Shown one piece after another: positions 10,815 through 19,805 of a stretch of 64,000 nt of DNA. The stretch is from assembly GCA_963843665.1 (NCBI GenBank), contig CAWJLH010000011.1, forward strand, positions 33,677 through 97,676, in the 5' to 3' direction. Under the pieces are notes generated by a model. That model was not told where the DNA came from and did not search any database. It saw only the letters and a list, made by a program, of their open reading frames with translations. Position numbers and translations under genes: made by a program. The stretch is from an uncultured Caryophanaceae bacterium (lineage in GTDB: Bacteria; Bacillota; Bacilli; Bacillales_A; Planococcaceae). Positions within the stretch are counted from its first letter, which is position 1. Each line of letters opens with the position of its first letter.

Positions 10815-11476
10815 TTGGCGGCACCTACTGACTTTTTGGATAAGTAAGCAGAAAGACCTTCATTGCGAAGTACACAAGCAGGGCATTCACCACAACCGGT
10901 ACTCGGTACTCCGTTATAGCAGGTAAGTGTTTTTTCCTGTACAAAGTCGAGCGCATCGAGCTCATCCGCCAATGCCCAAACATCGGACTTATTAAGCCAC
11001 ATTAATGGTGTATGAATGACAAATCGTCCGTCCATCGCCAAATTCAATGTTACATTCAATGATTTAATAAAATTATCACGGCAATCGGGATAGCCGCTGA
11101 AATCCGTTTCACTCACACCCGTGATTAAGTGCCGAGCACCGATTGCATCGGCATAGACCGCTGCAAAGGAAAGGAACAGATGATTCCTGCCTGGAACGAA
11201 TGTCGACGGCAATTCGCCATCCACTTCTTTCACTGCGATATCATCACGTGTCAAGGCATTTGCAGATAGCTGGTTGATCAGATTCATGTCCAGCACTTTA
11301 AAAGAAACGCCGAGTTCATCCGCAATTTTACGAGCGCACTCGATTTCGTCCGAGTGGCGTTGCCCATAGTCAAACGTCACTGTCGCGACTTCACGGAAAT
11401 TTTTCAATGCCCAAAATAGGCATGTCGTACTGTCTTGGCCACCACTGAAGACGACCACCGCTTTTTCATTTTTCAC
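10811..11476 (-). CDS. queC: 7-cyano-7-deazaguanine synthase
   Basis: [27 protein letters not shown] and CY...CG.CPAC. GTG start chosen 9 nt after AAGGAG. Confidence 0.96.
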   Translation of the reverse strand: MKNEKAVVVFSGGQDSTTCLFWALKNFREVATVTFDYGQRHSDEIECARKIADELGVSFKVLDMNLINQLSANALTRDDIAVKEVDGELPSTFVPGRNHLFLSFAAVYADAIGARHLITGVSETDFSGYPDCRDNFIKSLNVTLNLAMDGRFVIHTPLMWLNKSDVWALADELDALDFVQEKTLTCYNGVPSTGCGECPACVLRNEGLSAYLSKKSVGAAK

Positions 11477-11489
11477 TATCAACATCTCC

Positions 11490-11522
11490 TTAGTTTTTTA
11501 GAGAGGGAGTTTGCGAACCTCT
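11490..11522 (-). ncRNA. preQ1-I riboswitch
   Basis: Minus strand AGAGGTTCGCAAACTCCCTCTCTAAAAAACTAA matches the class I layout (AGAGGUUC-loop-CCUCU stem, A-rich tail, CUAA), directly 5' of queC. Confidence 0.92.
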
Positions 11523-11629
11523 TTTTTGGAACCTTGTTCATAATAACACACGAGTCGAGTATACGGGAGATAGGATGAATCGTCCTTTACAATAATAATC
11601 CTATTTGCCAATATGCTTACGATAAATAT

Positions 11630-11658
11630 GTATAATTTTTGTGGTAAGGTTCATCCTA
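11630..11658 (+). promoter_or_regulatory. sigmaG-like promoter
   Basis: GTATA-N17-CATCCTA upstream of the DUF1540 small ORF. Confidence 0.5.
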
Positions 11659-11679
11659 TAATAAAGGAGGTGTGTTGCC

Positions 11680-11835
11680 GTGTCTCAGGAAATTCTTTGT
11701 GAAGTGAATAATTGTAAGTTTTGGAGCTCTGGAAACAAATGTAGCGCGAAATCGATTTACGTTGTCAGTCAAAAAGGGAAACAAGCAGAGAGCAGTGAAG
11801 AAACGGATTGTAAAACATTCGTTCCAAGGGATTGA
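11680..11835 (+). CDS. DUF1540-like small Cys-rich protein (51 aa, absent from ORF track)
   Basis: Strong RBS AAAGGAGG, GTG start. MSQEILCEVNNCKFWSSGNKCSAKSIYVVSQKGKQAESSEETDCKTFVPRD shows the CxVxxC...C.A..I.V...ETDCKTF pattern. Confidence 0.85.
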   Translation: MSQEILCEVNNCKFWSSGNKCSAKSIYVVSQKGKQAESSEETDCKTFVPRD

Positions 11836-12078
11836 ACACGGCGGATTTTGGAACTAATTCAAGCTCTAAAAGCTTTGAGAAGGTCCGGAATCACACATAA
11901 GAAAGCCCTTTATTAAGGAAAACCTCCTTCTGTGATTGCCTATCACGGAAGGAGGTTTTTCTCATTTATTAAACTTTTTATGGCGTTATGTCAGTCGGTT
12001 AACCGAGCCGATTCCAACCCGACTCTACCCCGCATATCGTAGAGCAATGAATTATTTAACAAGGGGTGGAAATCTACG

Positions 12079-13866
12079 ATGAAGAAATACTTTGGCCATC
12101 ACAACCGAAAGAAACGACCCAATATTCTTTTTCTAATGGTTGATCAGGAACGATTCCCGACTGTCTATGAAACGGATGAATTACTGGAATGGCAAAAAGA
12201 AAATTTACTTGCACATGAAATGCTACGAAAAAACGGCATGGAATTTGTCAATCATTATGCAGGTAGCACAGCTTGTTCACCAAGTAGAACGACTTTGTAT
12301 ACAGGACAATATCCATCACTACACGGCGTCACCCAAACGCCGGGAGCTGCCAAACAATCATTTGACCCGGATCTGTATTGGCTCGATCCAAACACGGTTC
12401 CAACGATGGGCGATTATTTTCAGGCGGCAGGCTATGATACATTTTGGAAAGGGAAATGGCATGCATCGGATGAAGATATACTAATTCCAGGTACTAAAAA
12501 TGCCTATCTAAGCTATGATCCTATAACGGGTGTTCCTGATCATGCGCAAGAGAAGCTTTATGAAAAAGCGAATCGGCTAGATTCTTTTGGATTTTCCAAT
12601 TGGCTTGGCCCGGAACCCCACGGTGCAGATCCGCGAAATTCGGGGTCGTCCGCTAGAGTGGGTACGAGTGGTCGTGACGAGGTGTACGCTGCTGAAGTTG
12701 TCACACTAATCAACTCACTGGATGAATCAGCAAATTGCAATCAGCATGATAAGCCTTGGTTTATCATGTGTTCTTTGGTCAACCCGCACGATATTGCCTT
12801 ATATGGCGTATACTCCGCCATTTCCCCTAATTACAACTTTAAAGTTGACCCATCACTTCCACACATTCCACCGGCTCCGACAGTTGGGGAGTCACTCCTA
12901 ACAAAACCGACTGTCCATGAAAGCTATCGCGATACGTACCCAAAAATATTACAGCCGATTATTGACAATAATTTTTACCGCCAATTGTATTACAGCTTAA
13001 TGAAAAAAGCGGATGAAGAAATGCTGAAAGTGCTAAAGGCTCTCCAACAATCCAGCTTCTATGACAATACAATCGTTGTATTTACTGCGGATCATGGCGA
13101 ACAACTGGGCGCACACGGCGGTATGTACCAAAAGTGGTATTCAATGTATGAAGAATCCATTCATGTTCCATTCATCATTCATAATCCAAGTTTATTTCCA
13201 AAAGAAACATCCACAGAGATGTTAACGAGTCATGTTGACATCCTACCAACATTATTAGGCCTAACAGGCATCGACGCAGAAAAAGTCCAAGAAAAGCTTG
13301 TTAAAGACCATAATGAAGTCCATCCGTTAGTTGGTAGGAATCTGAAACCGTTTGTCTATGGGCATGATTCATTTTCTAGGGCAAATGAACCGCTCTATTT
13401 CATGACAGATGATGATATCTCGAAAGGTTTGCATCAAACGAATGCGGTGACAGGAAAACCGTATGAATCAGTTGTCCAACCGAGCCACATCGAAGCGGTC
13501 ATTACAACACTGGAAACCGGAACAGCGAATGAACGAGAGATTTGGAAATTTGCTCGTTACTATGATAACCCGCAGTTTTGGAGTGATCCAGGCGTTTCGG
13601 ATACGGTTATAACAAGGCAGGGCGATAGTTGTATGACCGAAACAAAAACAGAACCGGTACCAGAGCAATATGAACTGTATAATCTGACAAAGGATCCATT
13701 GGAAAGAATAAATTTAGCCGACCCATCACATGCAACAACAGAATCTACTGTCATTCAAAAACGATTGAGGAAACTACTATTCGAGCAATGCAAACAAAAA
13801 AGACTGACACCAACAAGCGGGGACGTTCCCGGAATGCCGCCATGTAGTGATATAGGAAAAAAATAA
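12079..13866 (+). CDS. Sulfatase (Cys-type, sulfatase-like hydrolase/transferase)
   Basis: RPNILFLMVDQ, signature CSPSR..LYTG, GKWH and FTADHG. Confidence 0.92.
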   Translation: MKKYFGHHNRKKRPNILFLMVDQERFPTVYETDELLEWQKENLLAHEMLRKNGMEFVNHYAGSTACSPSRTTLYTGQYPSLHGVTQTPGAAKQSFDPDLYWLDPNTVPTMGDYFQAAGYDTFWKGKWHASDEDILIPGTKNAYLSYDPITGVPDHAQEKLYEKANRLDSFGFSNWLGPEPHGADPRNSGSSARVGTSGRDEVYAAEVVTLINSLDESANCNQHDKPWFIMCSLVNPHDIALYGVYSAISPNYNFKVDPSLPHIPPAPTVGESLLTKPTVHESYRDTYPKILQPIIDNNFYRQLYYSLMKKADEEMLKVLKALQQSSFYDNTIVVFTADHGEQLGAHGGMYQKWYSMYEESIHVPFIIHNPSLFPKETSTEMLTSHVDILPTLLGLTGIDAEKVQEKLVKDHNEVHPLVGRNLKPFVYGHDSFSRANEPLYFMTDDDISKGLHQTNAVTGKPYESVVQPSHIEAVITTLETGTANEREIWKFARYYDNPQFWSDPGVSDTVITRQGDSCMTETKTEPVPEQYELYNLTKDPLERINLADPSHATTESTVIQKRLRKLLFEQCKQKRLTPTSGDVPGMPPCSDIGKK

Positions 13867-13870
13867 GAAA

Positions 13871-13903
13871 ATACGAGTTTATGAAAAAGTCATAAACTCG
13901 TAT
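13871..13903. terminator. Hairpin between convergent genes
   Basis: ATACGAGTTTATG-aaaaagt-CATAAACTCGTAT, 13-bp stem. Confidence 0.65.
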
Positions 13904-14712
13904 CATTTCATTTGATACGTATAATATGTATCGATTGGGATAAACAATCCGACTTTCCCATGCGTTTCATGTTCCAATGTGGCGAACACTACACCGATTA
14001 CTTGGCCGTCATGCTTCAGCACCGGACTGCCGCTATTCCCTCGATAGACAGGTGCTTTAATCATCATGACAGGTTCATCCCAATCCTTTAACAGGATTTC
14101 GCCAATAATCTTCCCTTCATTAGCAATGCCTGTAAAGCGCAGCGGATTGCCAATAAAGTAAATGGGTTCATTTTCTACAAAAGCCGGTTGGTCCGCAAGA
14201 GGTAAGAAGGGCAGATTGTTACCATCGACCTCTAATACAGCAAGGTCAATCGTCGGATAGGTTTCAACGACATTGGCGGAAAAACGACCGTCTTCCGGGA
14301 AACTGACAGATACTGTATCATTTCCTTCAACAACATGATAGTTCGTAAGTATCTTTCCTTCACTAGAGATGGAAAAGCCTGTTCCTTTGCTGTCGGCAGT
14401 CAAAATAACGACAACGGATTTTTTATAGGTGCTGATGTCTTCTTGCGTTGATAGTTGTGCGGAGGTCTTTAAAAAGTCGATGGCCGGTATGGAGTAAATT
14501 TCAAAAACTATGATGAATGTATTGACGACCATTACGATGGAAATTAGCCAAAATAACCATTTTGGAAAAGGTCGCTTCGGCTTGTTGTCCATTTTTTCGC
14601 AACCTTCTTTGGAAAGGGCCTCACGTTGGGCTTCCAACACTAACTCCTGCAGCTCTTCATCATCAATATCATTTTCGCCATGCTCGTATTGTTGTTTTTC
14701 TTCAGGATTCAT
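13903..14712 (-). CDS. Membrane-anchored trypsin-like (S1C) serine protease without PDZ domain
   Basis: One TM helix; catalytic triad motifs TNYHVV, DLAVL and GNSGSP. Confidence 0.9.
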   Translation of the reverse strand: MNPEEKQQYEHGENDIDDEELQELVLEAQREALSKEGCEKMDNKPKRPFPKWLFWLISIVMVVNTFIIVFEIYSIPAIDFLKTSAQLSTQEDISTYKKSVVVILTADSKGTGFSISSEGKILTNYHVVEGNDTVSVSFPEDGRFSANVVETYPTIDLAVLEVDGNNLPFLPLADQPAFVENEPIYFIGNPLRFTGIANEGKIIGEILLKDWDEPVMMIKAPVYRGNSGSPVLKHDGQVIGVVFATLEHETHGKVGLFIPIDTYYTYQMK

Positions 14713-14783
14713 ATCGTCACGCCCTAACTAGTCATCTATTCTTAGTATACACAAAACGGTAGAGACAACGCATGGGATTCGGG

Positions 14784-14813
14784 GAATGCCTCCATGTCTT
14801 TTGGACATACTAG
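14784..14813 (+). promoter_or_regulatory. sigmaG-like promoter of sspL
   Basis: GAATG-N18-CATACTA, 41 bp upstream of the sspL start. Confidence 0.6.
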
Positions 14814-14854
14814 AAAATGAAAAACGAAGTGATATCTAATCGGAGGTGAATGGA

Positions 14855-14989
14855 ATGTCGAAGAAAAATAATCTCAATAAAGGAAAGAAAGCACCGAGTG
14901 TGACGCCTCAAGGAAACATGGATACGGAATTTGGCGATGATCCGAAATCGAAACTTGAAAATGCGGCGAAAAAGAAAAATACAAAATAA
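14855..14989 (+). CDS. sspL: Small acid-soluble spore protein L-like (44 aa, absent from ORF track)
   Basis: RBS GGAGGTG. MSKKNNLNKGKKAPSVTPQGNMDTEFGDDPKSKLENAAKKKNTK resembles B. subtilis SspL (VTPQG...DPK..LE..AKK.NTK). Confidence 0.75.
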   Translation: MSKKNNLNKGKKAPSVTPQGNMDTEFGDDPKSKLENAAKKKNTK

Positions 14990-15036
14990 CGGTCCATAAA
15001 AAAACCAGCCAATTTGTAAAATTGGCTGGTGCATTT

Positions 15037-15684
15037 TTACCCTATCGTTGGAAACGTAATGACCAATTGACCATCGAGATTGACCACTTCGATGATTGCA
15101 TCACCAAATAAATACGGGGTGTCATTTTTGTCTTGAGGTGTTACTTTTTCATAAACGTTTTTAACAGATAATACTTGGAACGTCACGGGGATATAACGCC
15201 CTTTACTAAGTGTTTTCATATTTCCCATTAAAAACACTTCTTTGCTAGACGCTGCAAAGCTTAAATGGCCGATTTCCTTTTGTAGATTTCCGGAAACCAA
15301 TTTGATGCCTTGCAATAGTGAAATGATGCAAAGCATGAAGTCGTTATAGGTTTCAGTAGGCAATTTTTCATAGCCTAGTTGGACGAATAATGCATTGAAG
15401 CCGTTACGCACTTCTTTGAATGAAAAGAGATCCTCAATTTTCTTTCTGTTCTTTTCTTTCTCCAAATTTTTAATGATGTGCGTACTTTCTTCAAAATAAT
15501 CTTTTACAAAGCCCGTGTTCGCTTCCCTTTGAATCATGAAATCCGTAAGTTCTCGGATCACATTTATTTCTTCTGCTTCTTTTCGAACGAACATCAAAAA
15601 ACTGAAAAGATCTTTTTCATCAAAATTCCGTTCGGAGAATTTTTTGTAATAAGTTTCAACAATCAACTGTACTTTTTTATCCAC
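15037..15684 (-). CDS. Hypothetical protein (215 aa)
   Basis: Long open frame; GTG start 9 nt after AGGAG; no motif recognised. Confidence 0.75.
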   Translation of the reverse strand: MDKKVQLIVETYYKKFSERNFDEKDLFSFLMFVRKEAEEINVIRELTDFMIQREANTGFVKDYFEESTHIIKNLEKEKNRKKIEDLFSFKEVRNGFNALFVQLGYEKLPTETYNDFMLCIISLLQGIKLVSGNLQKEIGHLSFAASSKEVFLMGNMKTLSKGRYIPVTFQVLSVKNVYEKVTPQDKNDTPYLFGDAIIEVVNLDGQLVITFPTIG

Positions 15685-15920
15685 TAATTTCCGCTCCTGA
15701 CACACTTTTCGATTTAACAAGTCCCATAAATTCAAGGTCTTTCTTTAATCATATCATGTGTTGGTATGGATATTCAAAGAAGCCAAAGGTATAATTGTAT
15801 GAAGCATGTTTGAAATCACGGGACAGCACAACGAAAGTGCTCTATAATTGTATAAGCCAAAATCAAAAGTCAGTGATCTGAAAATAGATCCTGGCTTTTA
15901 TATGGTTATGGAAAGAAGGC

Positions 15921-18900
15921 ATGGTTATGAAACATCAATCATCCGTCCAGCAAGTACTACGGTGTGGTCTGGGTGTGACGGATAACGCCCGTAAAGGGAT
16001 TACTAAATTTGCAAAAGATGAGCACGCGTTTTTTGCGATGCAAGAAGCTTTTGATTTACATATTGAAAAACGTCCAAAGAATAAGCATGGCAAGATGTCG
16101 TTTACTTTCTTTTTTGATCAGGATACGAATGGTCCGTTAGCAAAACGAGTGGAAGGCAGAGTAGCTGTCATGGATTGTGTGTACCAGCATGACGGTTTTC
16201 TGGCGACAGGATTTCATGTAAGAGGCCGGAAAGAGTTGGTCCGCACCAACCGTCGCCTACCTGTCCGCTTGAAATTCGACCTTAGGCGTAACTCAGGTGT
16301 AGAGATGCCAATTGAATTATATACAAGCCTCCGGGAACTGCCCATTGCGGAAGAGCGATCCGAGTATGTGAAGAAGCGGATTTCCAGCTGGGAAGGTTAT
16401 TTGGGCATTCAGGAAAGGAATGCGGATGTCGCGGATGTGACTGCTGTTTTTTCGCGGGCAAGTTTTAATGAGGATTTCAGTAAATTACGTCTTGTTTGCA
16501 CGGGCTTGAAGGGACAGGATTGGCAGTCGATAAAAGGATTTAGCGCCAAAGTGAAGGGCGCAGCGTATGATATCGGCAACGTCGTGAATGTGAACAGGTC
16601 CAAAAGCGTCGTTGAAATCGAACTGAATCGCAATTTGAGAGAGAGAGCCAGAAAAAAGGAATGGCGCCCTAAATCGAATGATGAGGTCGTGTTCAGCAAC
16701 TTTGCGGAGCTGAGCCAAGTTAGAAGGTTACGGAAAGGGTTCAAAGATCTGCAAGATGGACTTGCCGCAAATCCGAATTTAGAAAAGGTCCTTTTTGAAG
16801 AACGACCGACTGTCCGCATCTCGAAGAACAACAAAAAGCTCGTTTTCCATAATACATTGAACGAATATCAGCGGGAAGCGGTTACTGGTGCGATGACCGC
16901 TAATGATCTCTATGTCATTCAAGGGCCTCCTGGAACAGGGAAAACGACTGTCATTTCCGAAATTTGTCATCAGAATGTCAAAGCGGGATTGCGGACCCTC
17001 GTCGCTTCCCAAGCGAATCTGGCCGTGGACAATGCACTTGGCCGATTACTGTCCCATCAGGATATCCGGATTCTGCGTTATGGACGGACGGAGAGCATCG
17101 AAGAGGAAGGGAAAAAGTTCATCGAAGAAAATGTGGCGCTAAATTGGAAGGAGCAGACACTGGCAGCTGTCACTGAACAACTCCAGTCCCATGTAGAAAA
17201 AGAAGCGCAATTGGAAGACGATTTAAATCGTTGTAGTAGGCAAATAGCAGACCTTCAACAAGAATTGGATAGTTTAGATAAAAAGATTGAAATGAAACAA
17301 GAAGCGCAGGCAGACTATCAGCTGCATTCCAAAGCGCTTGAAACTCTCACGAATAGAATGGAAAGCAAGACGGCGAAACGGGATGAACTCGTCAAGCGGT
17401 TAGCTAAGCTAGAGCAATCTGCCGACGATGCCGCGAATGACATCCTTAGCCTCGAACAGTTCCTTCAGACCGAAAGCATCAGCCCGGAGACGATTGAGCA
17501 AATGCAAATCGTCGAACGGCAAATCGGGAAGCTTCGTTCCTCCATAGGTTATCGGTATACATTGCAACAAATCGGTGAAGCGGTCAATATGTTGGCAGCG
17601 ACTCAGCAACAAGTGGAATTAACACGAAGTAAACTGAACGATTTGCATAAATGTTTACAAGGGATACAAAGCATCACTAAATTGGACGTATTAGAAAAAC
17701 ACATCCATGATTTCGGACTAGTTCCATCATTGCCTATTGACCGGAAAATGAATGAATTGCGCCGGCTAATCACCGAAGTCAAATCCAGCATGTCCAATGG
17801 GAACTACAGTGAATGGAATAAACTGAATGACCGGTTGTCAACTGCCATTGAAAATATCGAAGAGCTATTGAGGAAGAACGGCTTTCTCAAACAGACTTTA
17901 AAAAGAAGTGTTAACCAAAAATACACATCCGTTTCAGACATTCATGGGCTCATTGATCGTGTGGGGCGATTTTTAATCGATCCATTAACAAAACATCTTT
18001 TGGAAACGAGGAGCTATTCAGCTCAAAAATATGATACTCTTGAAAAAATTGCCGATGCATTAGAATTGTTACGTGAGAGAAAACACTATGTTCAGGCGCA
18101 GGCAGCAAAATTCCAACAACAGCAGCAACTGCTTCAGCAAACAAAAACGATATATGTGGTCATCAAAGAAGAAATAATCGGGGAAGTGCAGCAAACCATT
18201 GCGATGATAGAACAAGAAAGAGATGCTTTACAGCAGGATTCGGAAGGCAAACAAATCGAGCTGAGCGACCTTCGGCAAGCGAGCTCAAAACTACTTCAAC
18301 AGCTCGGTACTGTCGACGAATCGGCTTCGATTGGTACGATGGAAGAAGAATTGGACAGCAAAGAAAAAATATGGGCCACTTACGAAGAAAAGAAAAAATC
18401 TCTTGAACAGTACGCACAGCAGTTGGAAGCGAAAAAGAATGAGGCAGAGGTGACTTCCAAGCAGCTGGAAGACGATTCAACCTTGTTTCAGGTAATCACA
18501 CAGGAAATTGAAGAATTGCGCACAGAATTGGATGAACAGGAAAAACTACTTGCGGAACTAAAGGAAATCCTAAAACAAAATCCGGAAAAAGAGCGGCAAC
18601 AGGCACTTACTACATTCAATGATCTGTCACAAAAAGAAAAGTGGTTGAATAACGAGAAAGTACGATTGCCGATTACACATGCACTTCAGCAAGAATGGTT
18701 TACTCTCCTTACTGACGCCAATGATTATGATCTCGATGAAATCCGAAAGCTTTATGTGCGGCATGCTAATGTGATCGGCACCACATGTGTCGCGTCTGCG
18801 AGACGTGATTTCATGGACGAGTATCCGACATTTGATGTCGTCATCATTGACGAGGTTTCGAAAGCGACACCACCCGAACTGCTACTTCCGATGCTAAAAG

Positions 18901-19787
18901 GGAAAAAAATCATCTTAGTAGGTGATCATCATCAATTACCTCCGCTGATTGGACAGGAGACACTTGAGGAATTCCTAGAGGAAATCGACAATCGGGAAGA
19001 AAAGAAGGAATTTGAAAAATTGTTGAATGAATCGCTGTTCGAGCGCCTTTTCAGAACATTGCCCAAGCAAAATAAGACGATGCTTGGTATCCAGTACCGT
19101 ATGCATGAAGACATCATGCAAACCATCACGCCTTTTTATTCAGAAGGGAATTACCGTCTCCAATGTGGATTGACGGATTCCGATGCTGTACGTGATCACT
19201 TGTTGGATTCCCGCTATGTGCAAAGAAAGGACCATCTGCTGTGGTTCGATATGCCGAATAAACCGGATTATTTCGAGGAAAAGATGAAAGGCGGTACCAG
19301 CCGATTCAATCAGGCTGAGCTGACAATGGTTGAAAATCTTCTAATGGATTTGGATTCCGCTACCGCCAAGGCGAAGACAGAAGGTAGGATGGGGCAGGAA
19401 GACAAAAAGAGCGTCGGTGTCATCAGCTTTTACGGAGAGCAAGTGAAGCGAATAGACCGGTTAATTCAACAGGAATTGAATCCCCAGCATTTACATTGCA
19501 GAACGGGTTCAGTGGACAAGTTTCAAGGGATGGAAATGGACGTCATCCTATTGAGTTTCGTACGGAATCACAAGGAGAAAGGTGGCGACATCGGCTTCGC
19601 AAAAGACTATAGACGTTTGAATGTCGCCTTGTCACGCGCGCGTGAACTGCTCATTATTGTAGGAAGTTCGGAAATGTTTACCATAAGGACGAAACACCCG
19701 AGTTCGCGGGAAATGTATGGGCGTCTGTTAATGGATATTAAAAAGAAAAATGGCTTTCGGGATCATGAAGGCCATGTACTAACGTAA
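15921..19787 (+). CDS. Upf1/DNA2-like superfamily 1 helicase (AAA_11/AAA_12) with large coiled-coil insertion
   Basis: Q-motif LNEYQREAV, QGPPGTGKT, SQANLAVDN, IIDEVSKA, LVGDHHQLPP, QYRMH, VDKFQGME and RLNVALSRAR. Confidence 0.92.
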   Translation: MVMKHQSSVQQVLRCGLGVTDNARKGITKFAKDEHAFFAMQEAFDLHIEKRPKNKHGKMSFTFFFDQDTNGPLAKRVEGRVAVMDCVYQHDGFLATGFHVRGRKELVRTNRRLPVRLKFDLRRNSGVEMPIELYTSLRELPIAEERSEYVKKRISSWEGYLGIQERNADVADVTAVFSRASFNEDFSKLRLVCTGLKGQDWQSIKGFSAKVKGAAYDIGNVVNVNRSKSVVEIELNRNLRERARKKEWRPKSNDEVVFSNFAELSQVRRLRKGFKDLQDGLAANPNLEKVLFEERPTVRISKNNKKLVFHNTLNEYQREAVTGAMTANDLYVIQGPPGTGKTTVISEICHQNVKAGLRTLVASQANLAVDNALGRLLSHQDIRILRYGRTESIEEEGKKFIEENVALNWKEQTLAAVTEQLQSHVEKEAQLEDDLNRCSRQIADLQQELDSLDKKIEMKQEAQADYQLHSKALETLTNRMESKTAKRDELVKRLAKLEQSADDAANDILSLEQFLQTESISPETIEQMQIVERQIGKLRSSIGYRYTLQQIGEAVNMLAATQQQVELTRSKLNDLHKCLQGIQSITKLDVLEKHIHDFGLVPSLPIDRKMNELRRLITEVKSSMSNGNYSEWNKLNDRLSTAIENIEELLRKNGFLKQTLKRSVNQKYTSVSDIHGLIDRVGRFLIDPLTKHLLETRSYSAQKYDTLEKIADALELLRERKHYVQAQAAKFQQQQQLLQQTKTIYVVIKEEIIGEVQQTIAMIEQERDALQQDSEGKQIELSDLRQASSKLLQQLGTVDESASIGTMEEELDSKEKIWATYEEKKKSLEQYAQQLEAKKNEAEVTSKQLEDDSTLFQVITQEIEELRTELDEQEKLLAELKEILKQNPEKERQQALTTFNDLSQKEKWLNNEKVRLPITHALQQEWFTLLTDANDYDLDEIRKLYVRHANVIGTTCVASARRDFMDEYPTFDVVIIDEVSKATPPELLLPMLKGKKIILVGDHHQLPPLIGQETLEEFLEEIDNREEKKEFEKLLNESLFERLFRTLPKQNKTMLGIQYRMHEDIMQTITPFYSEGNYRLQCGLTDSDAVRDHLLDSRYVQRKDHLLWFDMPNKPDYFEEKMKGGTSRFNQAELTMVENLLMDLDSATAKAKTEGRMGQEDKKSVGVISFYGEQVKRIDRLIQQELNPQHLHCRTGSVDKFQGMEMDVILLSFVRNHKEKGGDIGFAKDYRRLNVALSRARELLIIVGSSEMFTIRTKHPSSREMYGRLLMDIKKKNGFRDHEGHVLT

Positions 19788-19805
19788 TACGGCAGGGGGG
19801 GTAGA

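Noticed and set aside
15921-19787. Helicase as an SMC/SbcC protein because of the coiled coil
   Set aside because: It has SF1 Upf1-type motifs and no ABC signature motif.
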